64,000 bases of DNA from Chitinophagaceae bacterium (GTDB lineage: Bacteria > Bacteroidota > Bacteroidia > Chitinophagales > REEL01). The notes below the pieces were generated by a model, which worked only from the letters and a program-made list of their open reading frames with translations, made no database searches and had not been told where the DNA came from. How positions within the stretch are numbered: the first letter of the stretch is position 1; every line of letters begins with the position of its first letter. Below are positions 18,997-29,085 of the stretch, piece by piece. The stretch covers positions 1,891 to 65,890 of the forward strand of contig REEL01000154.1 in NCBI GenBank assembly GCA_007695095.1. Direction: 5' to 3'. The position numbers and the translations under genes were made by a program.

Positions 18997-19188
18997 ATGT
19001 TAATAGTTGATGCAAGAGAGTGCGAATCATTAGAAAAAGCACTAAAAAAGTACAAAAAGAAGTTTGAGAAAGCAGGTTTTTTGAAAGAACTACGTAGCCG
19101 TCAGACGTTTACAAAACCTTCTGTAAAAAGAAGAAATGAGGTTTTGAAGGCAGCGTACAGACAAAAAATGATAAATAAAGCTCAATAA
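18997..19188 (+). CDS. rpsU: 30S ribosomal protein S21
   Basis: 63 aa and basic. LEKALKKYKKKFEKAGFLKELRSRQTFTKPSVKRR is characteristic of S21. Confidence 0.9.
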   Translation: MLIVDARECESLEKALKKYKKKFEKAGFLKELRSRQTFTKPSVKRRNEVLKAAYRQKMINKAQ

Positions 19189-19259
19189 TTCTTATCTCAT
19201 GGGTAATTTAGTAATACGAATTACCACTGACCGTTCTATTGTTTATTGGTATAAATAAA

Positions 19260-20144
19260 ATGGAAGTAAGCCGTTTTTTAAATTATTTGCGTTCCGAAAA
19301 AAGATTTTCTGAGAACACAATATCTGCTTATGCGGCAGATATCAACCAATTCTTTGTCTATTCCAAAGAATTTTTTGATGTTGAAAAGCCCGTTGAAATT
19401 TCTCACAGGTATATCCGTTCCTGGGTTATGTCTCTTATGGAAGTCGGAATTACAGAAAAAACAGTTAACAGAAAATTATCAGCCCTCCAATCTTTTTATA
19501 AATTTTTGCAACAGCGAAATATAGTATCAGAAAACCCGGTTGCAAAGGTTCCAAAGCCCAAAATCGTTAAAAGATTACCTACATTTCTGGATAAAAAGAA
19601 ATCGGTTGAATTGTTTGCAGGCCTTGATTTTAAAAATGATTTTAACAGTCAGCGGGACAGAATGATTATTAAGTTATTGTATGCTACCGGATTAAGAGTC
19701 AGTGAAATGGTAAACCTTAAAGACTCGGATTTTGATTTTGCGCAAGGCTCTTTAGAAGTCCTGGGAAAAGGAAATAAGCTAAGAAAGATTCCACTTGGAA
19801 AGATTTTAAGCAAAGAAATTAAAGAGTATATCACGCTGCGAAATGCAGAATTAGAAATATGTTCACCTACATTTTTCATCCTGAATGATAAAGGTGAAAA
19901 AACAAGCAGACAATTTATCTATAAAAAGATAAGCAGCATATTAAAAAACTTTCCGAGTTTAGGCAAAAGAGGACCTCATATCATCCGGCATACATTTGCC
20001 ACACATTTACTCGAAAACGGAGCAGATATAAATGCAATAAAAGAGCTTTTAGGTCACAGCAGTCTTGCTTCAACACAAGTTTATACTCATACATCAATAG
20101 AACATTTAAAATCAATTTATAAGAAATCTCACCCAAAAGCATAA
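19260..20144 (+). CDS. xerC: Tyrosine site-specific recombinase, XerC/XerD type
   Basis: N-terminal SAM-like core-binding domain. The catalytic domain has ATGLRVSE (R), HIIRHTFATHLL (HxxR), LLGHSSLASTQVYTH (H/W...Y). ATG at 19260. Position between rpsU and hpf. Confidence 0.85.
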   Translation: MEVSRFLNYLRSEKRFSENTISAYAADINQFFVYSKEFFDVEKPVEISHRYIRSWVMSLMEVGITEKTVNRKLSALQSFYKFLQQRNIVSENPVAKVPKPKIVKRLPTFLDKKKSVELFAGLDFKNDFNSQRDRMIIKLLYATGLRVSEMVNLKDSDFDFAQGSLEVLGKGNKLRKIPLGKILSKEIKEYITLRNAELEICSPTFFILNDKGEKTSRQFIYKKISSILKNFPSLGKRGPHIIRHTFATHLLENGADINAIKELLGHSSLASTQVYTHTSIEHLKSIYKKSHPKA

Positions 20145-20147
20145 AAT

Positions 20148-20444
20148 ATGGAAATTAAAATACAATCAATACATTTTGACGCCGACCAAAAACTGTTACA
20201 ATATATTGAAAAGAAACTGGAGAAATTACAAAACATCAATGATCAGGTGATTCACGTTGATGTTTTTCTTCGTTTAGAGAATGCAGGCTCATCAGTTAAA
20301 GATAAAACATCTGAAATAAAGATTAATATACCGGGTAGTACATTGTTTTCAAAAGATACAGCAAAAACTTTTGAGGAGTCTGTTGATGGTGCAGTTGAAT
20401 CCATGCGAAGACAACTAAAAAAGAGTAAAGAAAAATTCAAATAA
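20148..20444 (+). CDS. hpf: Ribosome hibernation/ribosome-associated inhibitor factor (HPF/RaiA family, short form)
   Basis: 98 aa. The sequence MEIKIQSIHFDADQKLLQYIEKKLEKL...VDVFL...K..E..INIPG matches the sigma-54 modulation protein/S30EA fold pattern. Confidence 0.85.
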   Translation: MEIKIQSIHFDADQKLLQYIEKKLEKLQNINDQVIHVDVFLRLENAGSSVKDKTSEIKINIPGSTLFSKDTAKTFEESVDGAVESMRRQLKKSKEKFK

Positions 20445-20460
20445 ATTGTGGAAAACAAAA

Positions 20461-20488
20461 AAAATGTTTGTATGTTTGCAAACATTTT
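20461..20488 (+). terminator. Hairpin after hpf (possible terminator or processing signal)
   Basis: AAAATGTTTG-tatgtttg-CAAACATTTT, a 10-bp perfect stem. The loop and 3' arm also contain TATGTTTG, a TAnnTTTG-like motif that could instead be the -7 box of the tRNA-tuf operon. Confidence 0.35.
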
Positions 20489-20526
20489 CAAAGAGGATGA
20501 TATAGTTCTTTAAAAAAAATATTGTT

Positions 20527-20600
20527 GCCGATGTAGCTCAGTTGGCCAGAGCAGCTGATTTGTAATCAGCGGGTCGGGGGTTCGAATCCCTCCATCGGCT
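20527..20600 (+). tRNA. tRNA-Thr (UGU)
   Basis: Acceptor GCCGATG/CATCGGC, anticodon arm GCTGA-TTTGTAA-TCAGC, T-loop GGTTCGAATCC. It happens to be followed by CCA. Confidence 0.9.
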
Positions 20601-20611
20601 CCATATAGTGA

Positions 20612-20694
20612 GGGGGGATTCCAGAGCGGCCAAATGGGACAGACTGTAAATCTGTTGTCGTAAGACTTCGAAGGTTCGAATCCTTCTCCCCCCA
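20612..20694 (+). tRNA. tRNA-Tyr (GUA), long variable arm
   Basis: Acceptor GGGGGGA/TCCCCCC, anticodon arm ACAGA-CTGTAAA-TCTGT, extended variable arm, T-arm GAAGG-TTCGAAT-CCTTC. Confidence 0.9.
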
Positions 20695-20708
20695 CGCAGA
20701 AATTACAA

Positions 20709-20781
20709 GCGGGAGTAGCTCAGTTGGTAGAGCATCAGCCTTCCAAGCTGAGGGTCGCGGGTTCGAGTCTCGTCTCCCGCT
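20709..20781 (+). tRNA. tRNA-Gly (UCC)
   Basis: Acceptor GCGGGAG/CTCCCGC, anticodon arm TCAGC-CTTCCAA-GCTGA, T-loop GGTTCGAGTC. Confidence 0.9.
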
Positions 20782-20803
20782 CTGTTTTTTTTAACAGAGC
20801 TTT

Positions 20804-20876
20804 GCCGATGTAGCTCAGTTGGTAGAGCGCATCCTTGGTAGGGATGAGGTCACCGGTTCGATTCCGGTCATTGGCT
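20804..20876 (+). tRNA. tRNA-Thr (GGU)
   Basis: Acceptor GCCGATG/CATTGGC (one G-U pair), anticodon arm CATCC-TTGGTAG-GGATG, T-loop GGTTCGATTCC. Confidence 0.9.
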
Positions 20877-20926
20877 CGATTATTTCTGTTTTGATGAGGT
20901 AATTATTGATTAAAAACTTTTAAACT

Positions 20927-22114
20927 ATGGCTAAAGAAAAATTTGTAAAAAACAAACCACACGTTAACGTTGGAACCATCGGTCACGTAGATCATGGAAA
21001 AACCACTCTTACTGCTGCAATTACAACAGTACTTTCAGGTAAAGGGATGGCTGAGAAAAAAGATTATGACACTATTGATGCTGCTCCTGAAGAAAAGGAA
21101 AGGGGTATAACTATCAATACAGCACACGTTGAATATCAAACGGAAAAGCGTCACTATGCGCACGTTGATTGTCCGGGTCACGCTGACTATATTAAGAATA
21201 TGGTTACCGGTGCAGCTCAGATGGACGGTGCTATATTAGTTGTTGCTGCAACAGACGGACCAATGCCTCAAACCAGAGAGCACATCCTTCTTGCACGTCA
21301 GGTGGGTGTTCCTGCTATTGTAGTGTTTATGAATAAAGTAGATTTGGTTGATGATCCTGAATTCCTTGAGCTTGCTGAAATGGAAATCAGAGATTTATTG
21401 AGCTTCTATGAATATGATGGCGACAATCTTCCTGTTATTCAGGGTTCTGCATTAAATGCACTTCAGGGTGAAGCCGAAGGTGTAAAAGCTATCGAAGCTT
21501 TAATGGATGCAGTTGATGAGCATATTCCTATGCCTCCAAGACCAATTGATAAGCCTTTCCTTATGCCTGTTGAGGATGTATTCTCAATTACTGGTAGAGG
21601 TACAGTTGCTACAGGAAGAATCGAAAGAGGTATTGTTAAAACCGGTGATTCTGTTGAAATTGTTGGTTTACAGGAAACTAACATGAAGTCTACTTGTACA
21701 GGAGTTGAAATGTTCCGTAAGATTTTGGATAGTGGTGAAGCAGGTGATAACGTAGGTGTATTACTTAGAGGTGTTGAGAAAACTGAAATCAAAAGAGGAA
21801 TGGTCATTTGCGAACCGGGAAGTATCACTCCTCATACAGAGTTCAAATGTGAAGTATACGTTCTTAGCAAAGAAGAAGGTGGAAGACACACGCCATTCTT
21901 TAATAAGTACCGTCCTCAGTTCTACTTACGTACAACTGATGTTACCGGTGAGATAACACTACCGGATGGCACTGAAATGGTTATGCCCGGAGATAATGTT
22001 ACTTTAACTGTAAAATTAATTTACCCGGTAGCTATTGATAAAGGTCTTCGTTTTGCAATCCGTGAGGGTGGTAGAACAGTTGGTGCCGGTCAGGTTACTG
22101 AAATAATTAAGTAA
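20927..22114 (+). CDS. tuf: Elongation factor Tu
   Basis: [33 protein letters not shown]..., [12 protein letters not shown]. Length 395 aa. Confidence 0.97.
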   Translation: MAKEKFVKNKPHVNVGTIGHVDHGKTTLTAAITTVLSGKGMAEKKDYDTIDAAPEEKERGITINTAHVEYQTEKRHYAHVDCPGHADYIKNMVTGAAQMDGAILVVAATDGPMPQTREHILLARQVGVPAIVVFMNKVDLVDDPEFLELAEMEIRDLLSFYEYDGDNLPVIQGSALNALQGEAEGVKAIEALMDAVDEHIPMPPRPIDKPFLMPVEDVFSITGRGTVATGRIERGIVKTGDSVEIVGLQETNMKSTCTGVEMFRKILDSGEAGDNVGVLLRGVEKTEIKRGMVICEPGSITPHTEFKCEVYVLSKEEGGRHTPFFNKYRPQFYLRTTDVTGEITLPDGTEMVMPGDNVTLTVKLIYPVAIDKGLRFAIREGGRTVGAGQVTEIIK

Positions 22115-22123
22115 CTTATTTGA

Positions 22124-22196
22124 ACGGGTGTAGCTCAATTGGTAGAGTAGTGGTCTCCAAAACCATTGGCTGGGGGTTCGAGTCCCTCCACCCGTG
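22124..22196 (+). tRNA. tRNA-Trp (CCA)
   Basis: Acceptor ACGGGTG/CACCCGT, anticodon arm GTGGT-CTCCAAA-ACCAT, T-loop GGTTCGAGTCC. Lies between tuf and secE. Confidence 0.9.
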
Positions 22197-22212
22197 CTTT
22201 TTAAAATAAATT

Positions 22213-22410
22213 ATGAGTAAGATAAAACTATATATTAAGGAAAGCTACAACGAACTGGTTCATAAAGTGACCTGGCCAAAGTGGGAAGCCCTGCAGGAAA
22301 GCACAATAGTTGTGTTGATAGCATCTCTCTTAATAGCTTTAGTGGTCTTAGGAATGGACATGGTTTCGGATAATATCCTGAAGGTTGTCTATCAAATAAT
22401 AGTAGGATAG
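22213..22410 (+). CDS. secE: Preprotein translocase subunit SecE
   Basis: 65 aa with a single C-terminal TM helix (TIVVLIASLLIALVVLGMD) after the ELVHKVTWPKWEAL motif. Canonical position upstream of nusG. Confidence 0.85.
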   Translation: MSKIKLYIKESYNELVHKVTWPKWEALQESTIVVLIASLLIALVVLGMDMVSDNILKVVYQIIVG

Positions 22411-22477
22411 GTTTGTTATCTAATTTTGTTAACAATCTTACCAACTTATAAATATTAAAGATGAAAATCACAATAGA

Positions 22478-23032
22478 ATGTCTGAGGTAGAGAAAAAATG
22501 GTACGCCCTTAGAGTAATAAGTGGTAAGGAAAAGAAATTAAGTGACTTAATCTTAAGAGAAATAAAAAGATCCGGTTGGGAACACATTATTTCACAGGTT
22601 TTAGTGCCTACTGAAAAGGTTTATAAAATTCAAGGCGGAAAAAAGGTAATTAAAGAAAAGAATTTTTTCCCAGGTTATATCTTAATAGAAGCATACGGGG
22701 AGACTTTGAATTCTGAAGTTATTTCTGCTATAGTTACAACTAACGGAGTTATACATTTTCTGGGAAAGGAAAACCCAACTCCGCTTAGAACTAACGAGGT
22801 TAACAGAATTTTAGGTAAGGTTGATGAAATGGAAGAATTTGGAACAGGTGTCGTTAACGAACCTTTCATTATTAATGAAACGGTCAAAATAACAGACGGA
22901 CCATTTAACAACTTTACCGGAACAATTGAAGAGGTAAATGACGAAAAGAAAAAACTTAAAGTAGTAGTAAAAATATTTGGAAGGAAAACTCCGGTTGAGT
23001 TGAATTTCATGCAAGTAGAAAAAACATCTTAA
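22478..23032 (+). CDS. nusG: Transcription termination/antitermination factor NusG
   Basis: [18 protein letters not shown]-domain start, FPGYILIEA, and a C-terminal KOW ([19 protein letters not shown]). Confidence 0.95.
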   Translation: MSEVEKKWYALRVISGKEKKLSDLILREIKRSGWEHIISQVLVPTEKVYKIQGGKKVIKEKNFFPGYILIEAYGETLNSEVISAIVTTNGVIHFLGKENPTPLRTNEVNRILGKVDEMEEFGTGVVNEPFIINETVKITDGPFNNFTGTIEEVNDEKKKLKVVVKIFGRKTPVELNFMQVEKTS

Positions 23033-23033
23033 A

Positions 23034-23477
23034 ATGGCAAAGGAAATAGAAGGTTTTATAAAATTACAGGTAAAAGGTGGACAAGCTAATCCATCTCCAC
23101 CTATCGGACCGGCACTAGGTGCTAAAGGGGTCAATATAATGGAGTTTTGCAAGCAATTTAATGCAAAAACTCAAGAATTGCAAGGTAAAGTATTACCCGT
23201 TGTAATTACAGTTTTTAAAGATAAGTCTTTTGATTTTATCATTAAAACTCCACCGGCAGCTATTTTATTAATGGAGTTTGCTAAACTTAAGAAAGGTAGT
23301 GCAGAGCCCAACAGAGATAAAGTTGGCAGCGTAACATGGGATCATGTTAAAGAAATTGCAGAGACTAAAATGCCTGACTTAAACGCCTTCACTGTTGAAT
23401 CAGCAATGAAAATGGTAGCAGGTACTGCCAGAAGCATGGGTGTGAATATTAAAGGGAAAGCCCCCTGGGAGAACTAA
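23034..23477 (+). CDS. rplK: 50S ribosomal protein L11
   Basis: [35 protein letters not shown]. Confidence 0.97.
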   Translation: MAKEIEGFIKLQVKGGQANPSPPIGPALGAKGVNIMEFCKQFNAKTQELQGKVLPVVITVFKDKSFDFIIKTPPAAILLMEFAKLKKGSAEPNRDKVGSVTWDHVKEIAETKMPDLNAFTVESAMKMVAGTARSMGVNIKGKAPWEN

Positions 23478-23504
23478 ATAAAAAACCGGTAAAAGAATAA
23501 GGTA

Positions 23505-24194
23505 ATGAAACTTACAAAAAATAGAAGAAAAGTTAACGAATTAGTTGAAAAAACTAAAAAATATTCATTGCAGGATGCATCTGAATTAATCAAAAAACTT
23601 ACAAACCTGAAGTTTGATGCATCAGTAGATCTGCATGTCAGATTAGGTGTTGATCCGCGTAAAGCAGACCAGGCTATCAGAGGTACAGTTACATTACCTC
23701 ACGGTACCGGAAAAACAAAAACGGTTTTAGTGTTTTGTAATCCGGATAAAGAAGAGGAAGCCAGACAATCAGGTGCTGATTATGTAGGATTACAAGAATA
23801 TGCTGAAAAAATCGAATCAGGTTGGACAGATGTGGATGTTATTATAGCCACACCTGATGTGATGCCAAAAATCGCTAAGTTAGGAAAAGTGTTAGGCCCC
23901 AGAAACCTAATGCCTAATCCAAAGTCAGGAACAGTTACACCAAATATTACGGAAGCCGTGGCCGAAGTGAAAAAAGGTAAAATAGCATTCAAAATTGATA
24001 AATACGGAATTATACATACTTCCATAGGAAGAGTTTCATTTACTCCGGAGCAAATTTATGATAATAGCAGGGAGTTGTTAAATACTTTAATTAAAATGAA
24101 ACCTGCCAGTTCAAAAGGAACTTATTTAAAAAACATCACTATGGTTAGTACTATGAGTCCGGGTATTAACGTAGATGCAAAAAGCATTAGCTGA
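23505..24194 (+). CDS. rplA: 50S ribosomal protein L1
   Basis: [34 protein letters not shown]. Confidence 0.97.
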   Translation: MKLTKNRRKVNELVEKTKKYSLQDASELIKKLTNLKFDASVDLHVRLGVDPRKADQAIRGTVTLPHGTGKTKTVLVFCNPDKEEEARQSGADYVGLQEYAEKIESGWTDVDVIIATPDVMPKIAKLGKVLGPRNLMPNPKSGTVTPNITEAVAEVKKGKIAFKIDKYGIIHTSIGRVSFTPEQIYDNSRELLNTLIKMKPASSKGTYLKNITMVSTMSPGINVDAKSIS

Positions 24195-24213
24195 TAAATT
24201 AAGATAAAAGACC

Positions 24214-24738
24214 ATGAAAAAGAGTGAAAAATCAGCTGTAATTGAACAGCTAAAGGTACAAATCGCAGAAACACCATATCTGTACATTACTGATTCCGCT
24301 GAGTTATCAGTAGAAGAAATAAGTAATTTCAGAAGAAAGTGTTTTGAGCAAAATATTCAGGTTAAAGTTGCAAAAAATACACTTGTAAAAAAAGCTTTAG
24401 AGTCTTTAGAAGGAGATCATTATGAAGAACTTTATCCTTTTTTAGTAGGACCGACAACCCTGCTTTTTACAGATACGGCAAACGCACCTGCAAAAATTAT
24501 AAAAGAATTTAGAAAAAAACACGACAAACCTTTATTAAAGGTAGCTTATATTGAATCATCTCTTTATGAAGGTGATGATCAGGTAGAAACTTTGGTTAAT
24601 CTAAAATCAAAAGAAGAACTTATTGGCGATGTTATAGCATTGCTTCAATCACCTGCTAAAAATGTTATATCAGCCCTTAAATCAAGCGGTGGTAAACTGG
24701 CAGGAATTGTAAAAACGTTATCAGAAAGAGAAAATTAA
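24214..24738 (+). CDS. rplJ: 50S ribosomal protein L10
   Basis: Position between rplA and rplL. 174 aa with the L10-like pattern (...FRRKC....I..KV.KNTL...A). Confidence 0.93.
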   Translation: MKKSEKSAVIEQLKVQIAETPYLYITDSAELSVEEISNFRRKCFEQNIQVKVAKNTLVKKALESLEGDHYEELYPFLVGPTTLLFTDTANAPAKIIKEFRKKHDKPLLKVAYIESSLYEGDDQVETLVNLKSKEELIGDVIALLQSPAKNVISALKSSGGKLAGIVKTLSEREN

Positions 24739-24773
24739 AACAAAAATTTCATTATTTATAAAACTTTGGAAAA

Positions 24774-25148
24774 ATGGCAGACTTGAAATCATTTGCAGAA
24801 CAATTAGTTAATTTGAGTGTTAAAGAAGTCAATGAGTTGGCTGAAATATTAAAAGATGAATACGGTATAGAGCCGGCAGCAGCAGCAGTTGCAGTTGCAG
24901 GTGGAGCTGCTGCAGGTGGAGAAGCCGCAGAGGAAAAAACAGCTTTTGATGTTATTCTTAAAGCACCGGGTGGACAAAAACTTAACGTAGTAAAAGTCGT
25001 TAAAGAAATTACAGGACTAGGGCTTAAAGAAGCTAAAGAACTAGTAGACAACGCTCCGAAACCTGTTAAGGAAGGGGTAAATAAAGATGAAGCTGAAGGC
25101 TTGAAAACTAAGTTGGAAGAAGCCGGCGCAGAGGTTGAGATAAGTTAA
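24774..25148 (+). CDS. rplL: 50S ribosomal protein L7/L12
   Basis: Ala/Gly-rich hinge ([20 protein letters not shown]) followed by [18 protein letters not shown]. Confidence 0.97.
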   Translation: MADLKSFAEQLVNLSVKEVNELAEILKDEYGIEPAAAAVAVAGGAAAGGEAAEEKTAFDVILKAPGGQKLNVVKVVKEITGLGLKEAKELVDNAPKPVKEGVNKDEAEGLKTKLEEAGAEVEIS

Positions 25149-25177
25149 GAAAATATCTCACGAAAAATTCTGTTTAA

Positions 25178-25220
25178 GTATGGGTGAAACTACAAATTTC
25201 GCCCATACATTTCTTTTATT
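25178..25220 (+). terminator. rplL-rpoB intergenic hairpin with U-rich tail (attenuator/partial terminator)
   Basis: GTATGGGTGAAA-ctacaaa-TTTCGCCCATAC forms a 12-bp stem (one G-U pair), followed by ATTTCTTTTATT. The location matches the known rplL-rpoB attenuator position in other bacteria. Confidence 0.6.
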
Positions 25221-25249
25221 ATATTCATCTTAACTAATTTGACTGTTCT

Positions 25250-28200
25250 ATGTCTCAAAATTTTACGGATAACAACTCAAGAATCAATTTTGGAAAGATT
25301 ATTCAAAAATCAGACTCTACTGATTTATTAGACATCCAAATTCGGTCATTCAAAGATTTTTTTCAATTAGACACGATTCAGGAGAACAGAATTAATGAAG
25401 GCTTATATAAAGTCTTCACTGATAATTTCCCTATTACGGATGCTCGAAATATCTTTGAGCTTGAATTTTTGGATTACTTTGTTGATCCTCCAAGATACAC
25501 TATTGAAGAATGTATCGAAAGAGGCCTGACTTATAGCGTGCCCCTAAAGGCAAAGTTAAAACTATCTTGTAACGACGAAGAACATGAAGACTTCGAAACT
25601 ATCGTACAGGATGTATTTCTTGGGAACATACCTTATATGACTCCTAAGGGAACTTTTGTCATTAACGGAGCTGAGAGAATCGTTGTATCACAATTACACC
25701 GCTCTCCGGGAGTTTTCTTCGGACAAAGTTTTCACCCAAATGGTACGAAAATATTCTCCGCCAGAGTCATTCCTTTTAAAGGTGCCTGGATGGAATTTGC
25801 AACTGACATTAACAATGTCATGTACGCATATATTGACAGAAAGAAAAAATTCCCCGTTACTACTCTTCTTAGAGCTATCGGCTATGATACCGATAAGCAA
25901 ATACTTGACCTTTTCGGTTTAGCTGAAGAGGTTAAAGTTCTGAAAAAGAACATTAAAGATATTAATGGACGCAAACTTGCAGCAAGAGTGCTTAAAAGCT
26001 GGCTGGAAGATTTTGTGGATGAAGATACCGGTGAAGTAGTTTCTATTGAAAGAAATGAAGTTATTCTTGAAAGGGATACAATGCTGGATGAAGAGAATAT
26101 TACTATACTTCAGGAAAATGGAATTGAATCAGTAATCCTTCAAAAAGAAGATTTAGTAGCAGATTTTACCATTATTTTTAATACTCTGCAAAAAGATACT
26201 TCTAATTCAGAAATGGAGGCGGTACAGCATATCTACAGACAATTGAGAGGAACAGAACCTCCTGATGAAGAAACAGCACGTGGTATTATTGATAAATTAT
26301 TCTTTTCGGATAAAAGATATGATTTAGGTGAAGTTGGAAGATATAAAATTAACAGAAAACTAAATCTTGATATTGATATTGAAACGAAGGTTTTATGTAA
26401 AGAAGATATTATCTCAATCGTTAAGTATTTAGTTGAGCTTACCAATAACAAGGCAGAGGTTGATGATATCGACCACTTGAGTAACAGACGTGTTAGAACA
26501 GTTGGTGAGCAGCTTTCTTCACAGTTTGGTGTCGGGTTGGCAAGAATGACCAGAACAATACGAGAAAGAATGAATGTGAGAGATAATGAAGTGTTTACAC
26601 CGGTTGAATTAGTCAATGCAAGGACTTTATCCTCTGTGATAAATTCTTTCTTTGGGACAAGCCAGTTATCTCAGTTTCTCGATCAAACGAATCCACTTTC
26701 AGAAATTACGCATAAAAGAAGAATCTCTGCTTTAGGACCGGGTGGTTTATCCAGAGAAAGAGCCGGTTTCGAGGTTCGAGATGTTCACTATTCACATTAT
26801 GGACGCCTTTGTACAATTGAAACACCGGAAGGACCAAACATTGGTTTGATTTCGACTTTGTGTGTTCACGCAAAAATAAATAGTATGGGTTTCATCGAAA
26901 CCCCATACAGAAGAGTATTAGAAGGTCAGGTTGACTTAGAAGGCGATTTAACTTATCTTTCTGCAGAAGAAGAAGATAACCAGACAATTGCACAGTCAAA
27001 TGCACCTATTAATCCTCAGGGGAATTTTATAAACGAGAAAATTAAATCCAGATTCCAGGGTGAATTTCCTATATCTACTCCTAAGGATTTAGATTTTATG
27101 GATGTGGCTCCTAACCAAATTGTTGGTGTTTCTGCTTCGATGATTCCATTTTTAGAAAATGATGATGCAAACAGAGCATTGATGGGATCTAACATGCAGC
27201 GTCAGGCTGTACCGGTTTTAAAACCTGAAGCTCCTATAGTGGGGACAGGTCTTGAGAAAAAGGTTGCGCAGGATAGTAGAATGCTTATCAACTCTGAAGG
27301 AAACGGAGTGGTTGAATATGTTGATTCTAATAAGATTATTGTTGTTTATGACAGAACAAGTGATGAAGCATTAGTTAGTTTCGATACTGAAACTACAGAG
27401 TATAACCTAACCAAATTCAGACGTACAAATCAGGGTACTTGTATTAACCTTAAGCCTATTGTTAAGAAAGGGCAGAAAATAACTAAAGGACAGGTACTTT
27501 GTGAAGGATTTGCTACAGAAAATGGGGAATTGGCATTGGGAAGAAACCTAATGGTTGCTTTCATGCCTTGGAAAGGTTACAATTTTGAAGATGCAATTGT
27601 AATTTCAGAAAGATTAGTGAAAGATGATGTCTTTACATCTATCCATATCGAAAGCTTTGAAATGGATGTAAGAGACACCAAATTAGGTGAAGAAGAACTT
27701 ACTCCTGACATTCCTAACGTTTCTGAAGAAGCTACTAAAGAATTAGACGAAAACGGTGTAATTAGAATAGGCGCCAACATAAAAGAAGGCGACATTATAA
27801 TTGGAAAAATCACTCCAAAAGGAGAGTCTGACCCAACACCTGAAGAAAAATTGTTAAGAGCAATCTTCGGAGATAAAGCAGGTGATGTGAAAGATGCTTC
27901 AATGAAAGCACCTCCTTCAACTGTAGGTACAGTTATAGATAAAAAACTTTTTGCACGTGCAAAAAAGGATAAAACATCTAAAGCTAAAGAGAAAGTTGCA
28001 GTTGATAAAATAGAGAAAGATCATCAAAAAAGGCTTGAAGACCTTAAAGAAGTTTTACTGGAAAAGCTTACTAAAATATTAGATGGTAAAACCTCCAAAG
28101 GAGTAAATGATCAGGCAGATAACTTAGTATTGACAAAAGGAGCTAAGTTTTCACGCAAAAATCTTTCAACGATTGATTTTGCAATGATAAGCCCTGTTAA

Positions 28201-29062
28201 CTGGACAGATGATGAGAAAACAAACGAGTTAGTTCGTCAAACACTTCACAACTTTATTATTAAGCTTAATGAAGAATTGGCCAGAGCGAAAAGAGAAAAA
28301 GTAAATATTAGCATTGGTGATGAATTACCGAATGGAGTTTTAAAACTGGCTAAAGTTTATGTTGCTCAAAAACGTAAAGTGAAAGTGGGTGATAAGTTTG
28401 CCGGAAGACACGGAAACAAAGGTATTATCGCTAAAATTGTGAGAGAAGAAGATATGCCTTTCCTGGAAGATGGATCCCCGGTTGATATTGTGTTAAATCC
28501 ACTTGGTGTTCCTTCAAGGATGAACCTTGGACAGATTTATGAGACAGTACTCGGATGGGCAGGATTCAAATTAAACAAAAAGTATGCTACTCCAATTTTT
28601 GATGGAGCTACAATCGATGAAATAGAAGAGCAAATTCAGGAAGCAGGTCTGCCGTCATTAGGACAAACCTATCTTACAGATGGTGAAACAGGTGATCGTT
28701 TTCACCAGAAAGCAACTGTAGGTCTGATTTATATCATTAAGCTTGCTCACATGATTGATGATAAAATGCATGCCAGATCAATAGGTCCGTACTCATTAAT
28801 TACGCAACAGCCATTAGGTGGTAAAGCGCAGTTTGGTGGTCAGCGTTTAGGTGAAATGGAAGTTTGGGCTTTAGAAGCATACGGTGCTGCTAATATCCTG
28901 CAGGAATTACTAACGCTTAAATCAGATGATATAATTGGTAGGGCTAAAGCTTATGAAGCTATAGTGAAAGGTGAGAACCTTCCTAAACCTTCCATTCCTG
29001 AGTCATTTAACGTTCTCGTTAATGAACTTAGAGGACTTGGATTGGAATTGAAATTTACTTAA
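25250..29062 (+). CDS. rpoB: DNA-directed RNA polymerase subunit beta
   Basis: 1270 aa. Motifs include ...[17 protein letters not shown]..., ...[30 protein letters not shown]..., ...GRHGNKG... and ...[13 protein letters not shown]... Confidence 0.98.
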   Translation: MSQNFTDNNSRINFGKIIQKSDSTDLLDIQIRSFKDFFQLDTIQENRINEGLYKVFTDNFPITDARNIFELEFLDYFVDPPRYTIEECIERGLTYSVPLKAKLKLSCNDEEHEDFETIVQDVFLGNIPYMTPKGTFVINGAERIVVSQLHRSPGVFFGQSFHPNGTKIFSARVIPFKGAWMEFATDINNVMYAYIDRKKKFPVTTLLRAIGYDTDKQILDLFGLAEEVKVLKKNIKDINGRKLAARVLKSWLEDFVDEDTGEVVSIERNEVILERDTMLDEENITILQENGIESVILQKEDLVADFTIIFNTLQKDTSNSEMEAVQHIYRQLRGTEPPDEETARGIIDKLFFSDKRYDLGEVGRYKINRKLNLDIDIETKVLCKEDIISIVKYLVELTNNKAEVDDIDHLSNRRVRTVGEQLSSQFGVGLARMTRTIRERMNVRDNEVFTPVELVNARTLSSVINSFFGTSQLSQFLDQTNPLSEITHKRRISALGPGGLSRERAGFEVRDVHYSHYGRLCTIETPEGPNIGLISTLCVHAKINSMGFIETPYRRVLEGQVDLEGDLTYLSAEEEDNQTIAQSNAPINPQGNFINEKIKSRFQGEFPISTPKDLDFMDVAPNQIVGVSASMIPFLENDDANRALMGSNMQRQAVPVLKPEAPIVGTGLEKKVAQDSRMLINSEGNGVVEYVDSNKIIVVYDRTSDEALVSFDTETTEYNLTKFRRTNQGTCINLKPIVKKGQKITKGQVLCEGFATENGELALGRNLMVAFMPWKGYNFEDAIVISERLVKDDVFTSIHIESFEMDVRDTKLGEEELTPDIPNVSEEATKELDENGVIRIGANIKEGDIIIGKITPKGESDPTPEEKLLRAIFGDKAGDVKDASMKAPPSTVGTVIDKKLFARAKKDKTSKAKEKVAVDKIEKDHQKRLEDLKEVLLEKLTKILDGKTSKGVNDQADNLVLTKGAKFSRKNLSTIDFAMISPVNWTDDEKTNELVRQTLHNFIIKLNEELARAKREKVNISIGDELPNGVLKLAKVYVAQKRKVKVGDKFAGRHGNKGIIAKIVREEDMPFLEDGSPVDIVLNPLGVPSRMNLGQIYETVLGWAGFKLNKKYATPIFDGATIDEIEEQIQEAGLPSLGQTYLTDGETGDRFHQKATVGLIYIIKLAHMIDDKMHARSIGPYSLITQQPLGGKAQFGGQRLGEMEVWALEAYGAANILQELLTLKSDDIIGRAKAYEAIVKGENLPKPSIPESFNVLVNELRGLGLELKFT

Positions 29063-29085
29063 TTTTTACTAAAATATAGCCAGGT

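Noticed and set aside
20601-20603. Genomically encoded CCA after tRNA-Thr(UGU) as a distinguishing feature
   Set aside because: None of the other six tRNAs in the window encodes CCA, so a single occurrence is most simply chance.
20510-20695. 61-aa minus-strand ORF
   Set aside because: It lies entirely across tRNA-Thr and tRNA-Tyr. Its apparent coding capacity is a by-product of the GC-rich tRNA sequence.
24752-25051. 99-aa Ala/Ser-rich ORF antisense to rplL
   Set aside because: It is the mirror image of the Ala-rich L7/L12 hinge (GCN codons read as antisense). rplL is unambiguous.
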